DNA of 37,748 nucleotides. Source: Paraglomus brasilianum. Taxonomy: Eukaryota. The position numbers and the translations under genes were made by a program. Where the stretch lies: the NCBI GenBank assembly GCA_910592345.1, contig CAJVPI010000269.1:1-37748 (forward strand), given 5' to 3'. Position 1 is the first letter of the stretch, and each line of letters begins with the position of its first letter. This document shows, piece by piece, positions 1-10,437 of this stretch. The notes under the pieces are model-generated. The model did no database searches. It was given only the letters and a program-made list of their open reading frames with translations, and was not told the DNA's origin.

Positions 1-158
1 TAAATAGCGTAATAAACATTGTCACTTTGAGTTGGCTTTATGTCGGTGATTTCCTCGTAATGAATCCATTCAAGTCTTAAGTGTTCATCTTCACTTTCCA
101 AGGAGGATTGGACCAAGTCGTCAATTGCTGGATTCTTATCTTCTGGAACTAATGACAT
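1..158 (-). CDS. 5' end of a TKL-family protein kinase paralog (continues beyond the left edge)
   Basis: Minus-strand ATG at 158 reads MSLVPEDKNPAIDDLVQSSLESEDEHLRLEWIHYEEITDIKPTQSDNVYYAI. This aligns with the N-terminus of the kinase at 34121 (MSWAVNNPEIGDPLESERELEWIPRSQITGIKPTQIDNVYYAV). Not in the ORF track. Confidence 0.8.
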   Translation of the reverse strand, partial: MSLVPEDKNPAIDDLVQSSLESEDEHLRLEWIHYEEITDIKPTQSDNVYYAI

Positions 159-628
159 CGTTTGAATAAGAAGTTTTCAAGTTCAATCAGGAGAGAACTA
201 ATTGAACCAATGATCCGTGTGTAACGCTTACCTTTTTTCTCTTTCCAAATTTGGGTTGGATATCTAATTTGGGTAATAAAATTGGGAACAAAATGGACAC
301 AACATCGGACTTGTGTCCATTTGGTGCATGAAAAAAAAAACGCCACACGTATTCAACTACATATGTATTACAGAGAACACCAGATTATCACTTGATTCGG
401 AACTTGAGACTCTTCACTATAACTAGAAAAATTTGCAAGTAATAGTGCTTGTCGAAGTAGCAGCAGAGACTTATTCATGGACATAAAAGATATTAATTGA
501 CTTTTTTAGCTCTCGGCAGATCATCTACGCATTTAACTGTTCCTATCTAAAATGGAAGTGGGACAAAAATTGGGAAAAGGACTTGACCCTTTATGGATGA
601 TTTTGATTCCTATTTGGACGTTTATCTA

Positions 629-802
629 CAGGTGAAACCTATTTAAACCGGCCGAACTGGTTTGTTATTTTTCAACCGGTTAGCCAGAGACCGGTTCAGG
701 TAAACATTTAGATAAAGAAAATTTCTAATTAAAGAAGTTTGGTACAGTCGTGAGGCGACCGGTTGAACCCGAGACCGATTTAAGTTTAGACAGGTTTCGC
801 TA
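629..802. mobile_element. Degenerate MITE (Tc1/mariner-pogo-like ends)
   Basis: Left end TA|CAGGTGAAACCTATTTAAACC is an imperfect inverted repeat of AGTTTAGACAGGTTTCGCTA (783-802); ACCGGTT motifs recur internally. Confidence 0.5.
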
Positions 803-1375
803 TTCATGGTTATAGATCGACCAAAAATCCGCCATATAGTTAAAGATCGATCTAAAGGTGGGGGAGTTCTTAAATAAATTAATTAAAAGACTATTTAGAA
901 TCGCATTCCACTCTTTCATTCTAAATTGTTGCAACTCTGCCAAATTATTTGATACCTATAATTCTATATTCCTTTTTACGATGCCATAATTTTTTTCTGG
1001 GACCATTGGAGAGCCAATTGATTATTTTGTTTTAAAATTTCCTGCCAAGACGGCTTGTATGCTTGCTTTTATTACCTTGCTGGAAGCAGATGAGGATTAC
1101 ACGATTTTCGATAATAATATTTCTAATCGGATGACTTTAGCCGTCAACTATCTGTATATCAATATTGTTACTCGTACGCTTTCAGCCTTCATGTTCGTAT
1201 TCGTTTATAGTATTTTAAATTTAGTCACTAGATTTATGATACTCACACTAATTCATTTCAGTCATCTATATTTTAGGAAAAGCGTTATATAAACAATGAG
1301 AGTTTCTATCTTTTAATATAGTCTTTCGATAAAGATAGTACGAAATCTCCTACCGTCATCACTAAATACGTGGGT

Positions 1376-1609
1376 GGTAGTCGCAGGCATTCAACTTTCT
1401 TCAACAGATATAGAAATAAATTATGGAGAATTTAAAGCCTTTCGTGCATTGAAGAGAAATGTGGAATTGCATAGTATTGCAAAGCAGAAACAAAGTCGAA
1501 TAGATTCATTTGTTACTGATTAATCAACTCTTTTACTTAATTGTTTGTAATTGAAGGAAAGATACGTTATACCGAATCGTAGATGTCGGTATAACAAGGT
1601 TTGATTGTA
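1376..1609 (+). mobile_element. 3' remnant of a pogo/Tigger-like DNA transposon (transposase C-terminus plus right TIR)
   Basis: The frame ending TAA at 1521-1523 reads ...STDIEINYGEFKAFRALKRNVELHSIAKQKQSRIDSFVTD*, with a terminal PIP-box-like QxxIxxF as in pogo-family transposases. It is followed by GTCGGTATAACAAGGTTTGATTG|TA (reverse complement TA|CAATCAAACCTTGTTATACCGAC), a pogo-type TIR with TA target. Confidence 0.55.
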
Positions 1610-1695
1610 TGTAATTTTCCGTCTCGAACATTATTTTCAGAATTTAAGATTTATTCTTATAATTGTCCTAAATTTGCTAGTAAAACCATATGAGA

Positions 1696-1728
1696 GTTTG
1701 TTTGTTTGTTTGTTTGTTTGTTTGTTTG
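1696..1728. repeat. (GTTT)8 microsatellite
   Basis: Perfect tetranucleotide run. Confidence 0.95.
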
Positions 1729-3624
1729 TATTTTCTATGTAATACCATTTTAAAGCTAATTGAATTGATTGTGTATTTTTCGAAAAAATAAAATATTCAT
1801 ATCTAAATTTATCAATGTTCTAAATCTGTAGCCCGCTAAAGGGGTTGATGTGAGAATATATATGATGAAACATGGCCTCTATCTACTTTTTGTCAAGCCG
1901 CAGTTGGGATTTGTGATTTTATGGCCGGCTTTATTGAACGACAGTTTTAGGACAATAATATTTAATATGTCATCACTCTTTTTCGAAAAGTATAACCAAT
2001 TAGCTGGTACATAAAAAAAATTTTTTTCATACGTTTACAAGTAAAAGTTAAGGGGTGCGGTGACTTTTGGTGGGGGATTAGAAAATGTAATTCTAAAATT
2101 TAGTCGATGAATTTAGGGCATGAGCAATAGTAATAGCTGTATCGCTAGAACAAAACCTTCCCAAATATCATAAAATGTTTACTTTGTCTGATTTTGTTGC
2201 AGCATGTTCCATAATAGCGCGTAAGCAAATTATGCGTTAATTATAGAACAAAATAAGCTATTGTGAAAAAAAGTATTATTTTATAGTTTATATCGGCCAT
2301 ACAGTAAGTATTTCAATTTATGAATGCAAAATACTGAAATTAAGTTATTAAAATTTAATAGACGTTCTCTCGAAAAAACTTCAGCTTACTGGGAAATGAG
2401 GCATGTTTACGACGTAATTGGCCACCGAGTTAAAAATTTTATTATCTGTAGTATGCCAATATGAAAATTAAGAATACAATTCCAGATAAAGTTACCAAAA
2501 CCTGTAAGAAAATCAATTACCAAGATGAAGATATTATTTTCTTTTTGTAATTTAATTGCCAATTCATATTCTGCTGCTTATTGAATCAAGCTCAGTCAAT
2601 TTTCCGTCACATGAATAATTTTTCATTGTACACCCGGGGACGTCAAACTCTGCGGAAAGTAAGGTTTATCATTTGCGCTAATAAATACTATACAAAATTT
2701 TTTTTTTCTGGTTATGTCAAGGTCTAGGAAATGCGTGTCCTATTTGGACCGAACCAGGAGTATAAACAACCTAAATACATTTCTATAAAAGTTGAGGAAA
2801 ACTATCCATCGCTTTGAGTGAGATAAAGGCGGGGAAACTGCATCAACCACAATTTATAAAAAATCGTAGGTGGAAAGATCGGAGCCTCACATCAAAAAAT
2901 TTTTTTTCGTACGTTGTCAAGTAGACAAAGTTGGGTAAAACATGCTGTCCTACGTTAGGTGTAGAGGTAAATAACTTGGACAATGTCTTTCAACATCAGA
3001 CGCGTTACTGCAAACTGCTGATTTGGACAATCGTCTTCCAAGGTTTATTCTATGCTCCAAAGTGCCATCCATTTTCAGTTTTGGAATAAAGCCAAGAGTT
3101 GTAGGGGACCCAATCAAGACAGCAGGGCGAATGAGGTATAAAAGTACGAGCAAAGCTTTTTTGTAATAGAAGGCTGCATTCACGTTTGTCTTTCGGAAAT
3201 AAACACCCGCTGTCTGCCAAAAACTGCAACATCCATCTCCACCCTTTATCTTCTTTTTTAGCAGATCACCAAGTTTCATTACTGCATATTGCATTCGAAT
3301 TTTGTTCTAGCATTCTAAATTTCTCTTTGCTAATCCTTATTTGTCGGGTTCTATGCACGTTCGCTTCTTCATAGGGGGCCGCAGACCTGCACGTAAACGT
3401 AGTGTAACCGTGCATCTAACCGTGCATCATAGAATTGTCACCTTCTTCAGTTAAAACAAAACCAAAGTAGAACATTCTCTTGGGAAAAAAACTGCGTCAT
3501 GCTAGCTCATGAACGGTTAATATTACTTGATCCTACATTCGGACCTTGGCATTTACTAATATAAAGGATGGCTTGTTGCTCGTTTTCAAAACCCGCCTAT
3601 TCACGCCACGCCTACTTCACGATC

Positions 3625-4235
3625 ATGGAAAAATGGAGTTTTCAGGTAAGATGTCTGTTATAAAATGGCCTGAAGATGCTAAATACTACTATTACTATTC
3701 CTTACTTCCTTATTATCGGCATGTAGGAAGACTCTGTCTTGATTGATCTCTACGGCGTGCGGGGTCTCCAATGGGTAACGGTCTCCCATATCCTAGATAC
3801 CAAGTCTGCTCATCAGTGTGCCAAAAGGTGAAGTGAACGTGTTGACTATGTTTTTACATGATATCCGTTGTAATGTTGTATCCTACGTATTGACACGATT
3901 TTAAACGATATTTACTATAATATTACAGATGGCATAATGCACTACGCCCTGGAAGTATGTAACTCTCAGATTTACGTATTTGCTACAACTCCCTTTTTCA
4001 CTTTGTAATAACCTACTTTACTATTTCGAATGAACCAGTTAACAACAGACCATTCACTACCTTTGAACATGATGCAGTTAGACGGTCGTATAGTGAGCAT
4101 GGGCCCAGATGGGGTAGGATTTGTTCAGCCATCCCTGGCCGCACCCCAGAGATGATAAAGGCCAGTTTGGAGCAGACGCAAGCGGAACTAGAACGTATTC
4201 GAGTTCAAATGTCAATAGAACGTCTACTAAACTGA
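3625..4235 (+). CDS. Small two-repeat Myb/SANT protein, copy 1 (114 aa, 4 exons)
   Basis: Exons 3625-3645, 3727-3827, 3929-3954, 4039-4235, all GT-AG. Protein: MEKWSFQEDSVLIDLYGVRGLQWVTVSHILDTKSAHQCAKRWHNALRPGINNRPFTTFEHDAVRRSYSEHGPRWGRICSAIPGRTPEMIKASLEQTQAELERIRVQMSIERLLN*. Shows Myb Trp spacing, the QCxxRW..L.P linker and a GxRWxxI...PGRT second repeat. Confidence 0.85.
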
Positions 4236-5993
4236 CGTTTGTGCAGGTTCGATTTACACCCCACGATTATTATTATTACGTAAGCCAATAGAACATGAGA
4301 TGACATCACGATACAGCTTGAATGGAGGGGCAAGATACTAAATACCAAATACTGCCGACAATTCGACAATTCGATTTTCCGGTATTCGAATGTTTAGAGC
4401 CGGAACCATTTTTTCGACGATATTATTTTGTTATTCGAGCGATATATATCCTATAACAATAATTCGATTCAATCAACTGTATACATCAGCATTGTTAAAA
4501 CCAATTCGATCAACAAGCCATATTCGATATCTCTTTACGTTAATTCGAACGCTATCGATAATATTCGGTCACGGTGTAAACAAACTTCTATTGAACATTG
4601 CCTTTATTGGTAACATTTATGGCATCAGCTCCGGTATGTGATATTGTATATAGCATCTCGAATATTTGAGTCAATATTCAACTTGTTACAGTCTCGTTTA
4701 ACACATAAGCAAGATTAACTGAATTATAAGTACCTATGATTGTATATTATGTTATGTATGGAATAAAATTCTGAGTACACATAGTGATCCTGCAGATCTG
4801 CCTCATCTGACGTTGAAGAATCTTTTTTCCCTGACTGTTTACACTTACTATTCATTCGATTGTTGTAAATGGTTCAATAAATTCTGGATGCTTCTAATCG
4901 TATAATCTTAGTGACGTGTTTAGTAAAGTATTGTTTTTTAATCATATGGTTGCAAGTGCTTCTGGTTGTTTATCCGCTTGGTTATTGAAGAATTTGTAAT
5001 TACCACCCACGTAAGAGATGTGATCAACCAATAAATATTTACGTATTACGAATTAGTACGTGGGCCGGCGTTCAGTTGGCAAGGCATGTGTACCGGGTTA
5101 AACACACGGTTTACGTGCTGGGGGGGGTGAGTTTCATAACTTGTGCAAAACTTCAAATGCATTGCATTATTGCATTGCATAGTGAAACATGCTGTGTGAC
5201 AAACACGACCACATGACTTTTTTCACAACGCTTATTAGATACTATCTTATCATTCCTAAATACTAATACATTGCTTGGAAACCTAAAAAGTACACGCTGA
5301 AGAGCTTTTTGCGCCTCTCAGAGAAGGGGATGTTAAACACAGGCCCTGTTAAAGACACACGTTGTTCAGCGATTCGTACCATTCACAACAAGAAGCCGAG
5401 GTTTTGTTGCAGAAGCGTGACTTCTGTATTACATCTCTAGCCAGTTAAATCGGCTAAATCAGGAATAGATCGATGTATTGAAATCAAGATTCATTAATAT
5501 TAATACCTATCTCTTTAACATGTGACTGTATGCTAGCATTAGCCTAAAGAGTCTTTAACAAAATAACTTCTGACATTATATTCCTGTCTAACTTTACTTT
5601 TTTTACTGTTTTTACTTAGTAGACAAATCGGTACGATTATACAAGTTGATCATCAAATTAGAAGGTTCAGCCATTGCACGGTAATTGTATACGTTGGCGT
5701 AAAGAATAGGTACAATGCAAGTGTAAATTTGCTTATTTGTCTTAGAACAGAATGCCGTGTTTCATTAACCCCTCAATCTAATATCATTCCAGCAGGCATC
5801 AAACTATTACCAGTCTCCTTCCGCCAGCATGTTTCCATAATATCTTTGCAGTGTTTTTAAAAATGAAACCGATTAACAGAACGGCATGAAGAACCAATCT
5901 TATTGATCCGGCATCCGAGTCGTGCCGTCACTTCTGCATATATAATGAGCTATTATCTTGCTGTTCGCTTTCAAGTAAGACTATTTTTCAGTC

Positions 5994-6556
5994 ATGGAAA
6001 AGTGGAGCTCTCAGGTAAGATGACAGATGTACTAATTTTGCTATGACTATTCTCTACTAAATTTATTCCTATGTAGGAGGACACTACTTTGATTGATCTC
6101 TACAACGTGTGCGGTCCCAAATGGGTAACCATATCCCGTATGTTGAGAACCAAGTCAGCTCATCAGTGTGCTGAAAGGTAAACGTGTTGACTACTGCATT
6201 TATATAATATTCGTTGTATCTACATATTGACATAATTTTGGATACAGGTGGCAAAGTGCACTACGCCCTGGAAGTATGTGACTCTTTAGATTTACATGTT
6301 GCTATAGCTGTAACTACTGTTATCGCCTATTCAAATAATAATAACCCTTCTATCTCTAGTCAATAAAAGACCGTTCAATACTTTTGAAAATAATACAGTT
6401 AGACGGCTGTACGGTGTCCATGGCCCCAGATGGAGTAGGATTTGTTCAAGCTTCCCTGATCGCACCCCAAAAATGATAAAATCCAGTTGGGAAAATATGC
6501 AAGCGGAAGAAGAACGCATTCAAATGCAAATGTCAATAACTCGTCTACTAAACTGA
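5994..6556 (+). CDS. Small two-repeat Myb/SANT protein, copy 2 (114 aa, 4 exons)
   Basis: Exons 5994-6014, 6077-6177, 6248-6273, 6360-6556. Protein: MEKWSSQEDTTLIDLYNVCGPKWVTISRMLRTKSAHQCAERWQSALRPGINKRPFNTFENNTVRRLYGVHGPRWSRICSSFPDRTPKMIKSSWENMQAEEERIQMQMSITRLLN*. TATATAA about 55 bp upstream. Confidence 0.87.
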
Positions 6557-7365
6557 CGTCTATTCTCTACGTCAACTATGCATATGGTTTTAAAGTCAAG
6601 GTGACATATAATTAATGTCAAATACCTAATAAGTATAATTATGATTCCAAATATATGTGTAACTATAGAAATACTCATCTTTTGATTGTATAAGCCAACT
6701 GACGACAGTAAACAATAAGTAAACTGACATTGTCTCAGTGTTTTGACGGAACAAAGTGAATTGTCGTGATCTGCGCAACTGTCATACATGCCGTTGCATA
6801 AACAAATATGTAACCTTTCCTATTACGATAAATAGCGTACTATCTAATCTCCAGTGCATACACTTATCCTTTGTTGGAATTTCGGACTTGTTTCATTCGC
6901 TATGTACCTATAAGATTCGCAACATTTACCAAACAGGACAATCTTGAGGTAAACCATTTTGCCGAGTTCTTATCTTTCTGGAAATTTCGATCTATAGGTT
7001 CAATTATCAAGAGATGTGGTGGTGTTACTGTCATACAATCATTTATCATACCATGTGGTTGACACAATTCGCATTGTTTCCTGCAACTAGAACTATTCAA
7101 ATTAATGTAAATTCCGAATGTACTATCCTCACGTGTACACAACGTAGCAATGTATTTCATTACTTCAATCTTATCCAAAGTCACTGTAATTTCTAGCAAC
7201 CAAGGTAACATAACAATAATTTACAAAAAATTGCATTTTTGACTAAGATATTGTCGATTTATCTATAACGTAAAGTCATGGCTAATCAATAACAATATGT
7301 ACGAGCGAATTATGCTTGAATTCAGTACAAGTCTGACATAATCTACATTTGTGATACAAATAATG

Positions 7366-7957
7366 GAGTAACCCCGGTTTAGGTTAGAGCTCGGACGGAA
7401 AACCCCCCATCAATGAACGGGGGGTTTTCCGTATGGTCAAAGACCATTAACGTTCCCCTAATAATGACACAGATCGACGGCAAATAGATAAAACAGCTCA
7501 AACTGGGCACCTTGTTGTGAATAAAAGTCCCTCGCGATAGTAGTTCATATAAAGGCCTTCGGGCAACCCCATATCCTCCATCTCCCACATACTTGATCAA
7601 CTCCTAGGACGCCTTCTCTTTCTCCGCACTCTAGACCTACGCATACCTGGATAACCCCCACTAATATTCTTTCCATTATTACCCGCTCCAAGTCTAGATA
7701 CATTTCCCCTTCCCCTAATACACAGATCGACGCCAATATAGGACTTTATTCTCTCCTCTGCATGTATGGTAAATAGATAAAAACAGCTCAAACTGGGCTT
7801 TAGCGAGCACCTTGTTGTGAATAAAAATCCCTCGCGATAGTAGTTCATATTAGCAAGTAGAAAAAAGGATTAACCTTATTCCGATATTTGGTACGGTCCC
7901 TATCTGTATCGTGTGTAATGTAGTTTTTCCCACCCCATAATGGGCACCGGGTTACTC
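7366..7957. repeat. Putative non-autonomous insertion with internal direct repeat and GC hairpin
   Basis: GAGTAACCCCGGT (7366) and ACCGGGTTACTC (7946-7957) form a short imperfect inverted pair. There is a 14-bp perfect stem at 7395-7432, and ~7468-7550 is directly repeated at ~7721-7850. No counterpart downstream of Myb copy 3. Confidence 0.45.
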
Positions 7958-8214
7958 ACGTAATAAAGTATGCATGTGGTATTGCATGCATGCGGTCCAT
8001 CGTCTTTTTCCAGAAATACAGTAAATACTTATACCATTCCATACAACTCCTTGCCTTCTTAATATTTGTTTATTATTCTGCTTCTTATTCAACCATGCAC
8101 GTCAGATGCCTGGTTTACATTCCGAAACAATATTCGATATATGTGATATTGAAAATCGTTTCGATAACATTCAAAACGATCAGTTTTATCATACATATAA
8201 AGCGACTGAGAGAA

Positions 8215-8388
8215 TGCATTCTTCTTCCGCTTGCATCTCTTCTCAACTGGTTTTTATCATTTTTGGGGTGCGCCCAGAGAAGCTTGAACAAATCCTACTC
8301 CATCTGGGACCATGGACACCATACAGCCGTCTAACTGTATTATGTTCAAAAGTAGAGATAGAATGATACGATTATTATCATTTGAATA
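8215..8388 (-). pseudogene. Inverted, truncated copy of Myb exon 4 plus the end of intron 3
   Basis: The reverse complement matches 6328-6520 (copy 2). It has lost the splice acceptor and ~20 nt of exon start, carries a TGG>TGA stop, and is 3'-truncated. Confidence 0.88.
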
Positions 8389-8481
8389 ACTAGACAATTA
8401 AATTCTGCCTATACATTTGACAGGAGCTCGAAATGATATTACAATTTGTTGTAATGAATGTACAGTCGTACTGTTCATATT

Positions 8482-8870
8482 TTCAACGGATTAACGTTCG
8501 TAGACTTGACTAACTCCAAATAATAATTATTATTTCTTACAGCGTTATCTCTGATAAACCTGACTGCTATCTGCGCAGCATTGAAAAGTATCTGCTAACG
8601 AGACATTTTCTTATTTTACTGTACAGTGCAAATGAATAGACGCTTGCAAATTATCGAAATTTTCATCGCATAATAAACTTTTATTTTTACCAAGTAAATT
8701 ATAAATAATGCTCTAAATAAAGTTGTTGACAATATTAACGCGTGAAGGAAGGTTCAATGTTGAGGAAATATACTTTGCCAATGCTACGCAGATAGGGGTC
8801 AAGATAACGCTGTAAGAAATAATAGTTATCATATAGAGTTAGTCAAGTCTACAAACATTAATCCGTTGAA
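8482..8870. mobile_element. Foldback/MITE with ~100-bp terminal inverted repeats
   Basis: TTCAACGGATTAACGTTCGTAGACTTGACTAACTC...TATTATTTCTTACAGCGTTATCT...CTATCTGCGCAGCATTG (8482-8590) is mirrored by 8768-8870. No clear TSD. Confidence 0.8.
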
Positions 8871-9177
8871 TCGTACAAGACATTGCATATTCATCCATCA
8901 TCCGCACTGTTTACCAAAAACGCACCAGATGTTATTTTTTAAGAAGGTATGTGACTGAGAACTGACTTAACGTAAGATTCTTCTTCCTGATGCAAACATA
9001 CTATTTACAGTTGTCGAGATAACGAAAGCATTTGTGTGCGATTTGACAGTAATTGACCCAGCATGGCTACTTGAACTTGCGTGAGTAATCAATAAGATAC
9101 TATATTATTTAACTTAGCATTAACCGGCATTGGCACAATTAAAACTTCTCAATTATAGGCTGTACTTTTACGATTAA
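8871..9177 (+). pseudogene. 3' fragment of a DEAH-box RNA helicase (C-terminal OB-fold region, DHX35/Prp-like)
   Basis: Spliced 8871-8946, 9011-9080, 9159-9177 gives SYKTLHIHPSSALFTKNAPDVIF*EVVEITKAFVCDLTVIDPAWLLELALYFYD*. This fits the DEAH motif HIHPSS.LF....P..VIY.E.V.T.K.FMRD.T.I.P.WL.ELAP.FY. In-frame TAA at 8940-8942. Confidence 0.8.
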
Positions 9178-9844
9178 AATATGAACAGTACGACTGTAAA
9201 TATTACAATAAATCATAATATCATTTCGAGCCCCTGTCAAATGTATAGGCAGAATTTAATTGTAATAGTGCATTCTTCAAAGCCGCAGCCTGTAACTTTC
9301 CTATTGATTAACCTTGTTCCTTGGCATGTGTACGGGCTAACACATTTACGTGCTGATCTTCATGCACTATTATCCATATAAAGTTGGTACAATATGCAGC
9401 CCTACATTGGTCATACAGGACAGTAGGGTAAATCACTCATATCAATGTTTTAAAAGTGGAAATTATAAAAGTGAATTATAAAAGTAGTTGTATATATTCA
9501 AATATACGTGACGTAAAGAATAGTTACAACGTAAGCATAGGCACAAAAATTTTTATTTGTTCCATATTTGTCTTAGAACAGAATGTCGTGTTCCATTAAC
9601 CCCGCCAATCTAAAATCATTCTAGCAGGTCGTATAATTCTTATCCGCTTTCTTCCGCCAGCATGTTTGTGCGATGTGTTTGCAGTGTTTTTTTTTTTTTT
9701 AAAAAAAAAAAAACCTCGGGAAACCCGATTAACTGTAACTCATGAAGAACCAATCTTATTGATCCGGCATCCAAGTCGTGCTGTCGCTTCTGCATATATA
9801 AGGAGCTGGCCGTTCGCTTTCAAGTAAGACTATTTTTCACGACC

Positions 9845-10437
9845 ATGGAAAAGTGGAGTTTTCAGGTAAGATGACAAATGTACTAATTTTGCTATGACTA
9901 TTCCCTATTCAATTTATTTGTATGTAGGAGGACACCGCGTTGATTGATCTCTACGACGTGTACGGCCCCAAATGGGTAACCATATCCCGTATGTTGGGCA
10001 TCAAGTCAGCTCATCAGTGTGCTGAAAGGTAAGTGTGTTGACTACCGCATTTATATAATATTTGTTGCATCCTACATATTGACATCATTTTGAACGATAA
10101 ATCACTAAAACGTTGATCCAGGTGGCATAGTGCGCTACGCCCTGGAAGTATGTAACTACTTTAAAGATTTACAACTCTCTTTTCATGTCATAACTGCTGT
10201 TAACGTTTAAATAATAATAAACGTACTCTTCTATCTCTAGTCAATGAAAGATCGTTCACTACATTTGAACATAATACGGTTAGACGGCTGTACGGTGTCT
10301 ATGGCCCCAGATGGGCTAGGATTTCTTCAGGCCTCCCTGATCGTACTCGAAACATGGTAAAAGCTAGCCGGGAGGAGATGCAGGCGGAAGAAGAACGCAT
10401 TCGAGTGCGAATGTCAATAACTCGTCTACTAAACTGA
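9845..10437 (+). CDS. Small two-repeat Myb/SANT protein, copy 3 (114 aa, 4 exons)
   Basis: Exons 9845-9865, 9928-10028, 10122-10147, 10241-10437. Protein: MEKWSFQEDTALIDLYDVYGPKWVTISRMLGIKSAHQCAERWHSALRPGINERSFTTFEHNTVRRLYGVYGPRWARISSGLPDRTRNMVKASREEMQAEEERIRVRMSITRLLN*. Confidence 0.87.

Noticed and set aside
2950..3294. 114-aa minus ORF with faint Sel1-like words (MKLGDLL, AAFYYKKA)
   Set aside because: No coherent repeat spacing or gene structure; cannot be supported without a search.
6331..8366. Similar ORFs 6331-6519(-), 8106-8366(+) and 14087-14272(-) suggesting a small protein family (LLHLGPWTPY)
   Set aside because: They are the antisense reading of Myb exon 4 and its inverted copy.
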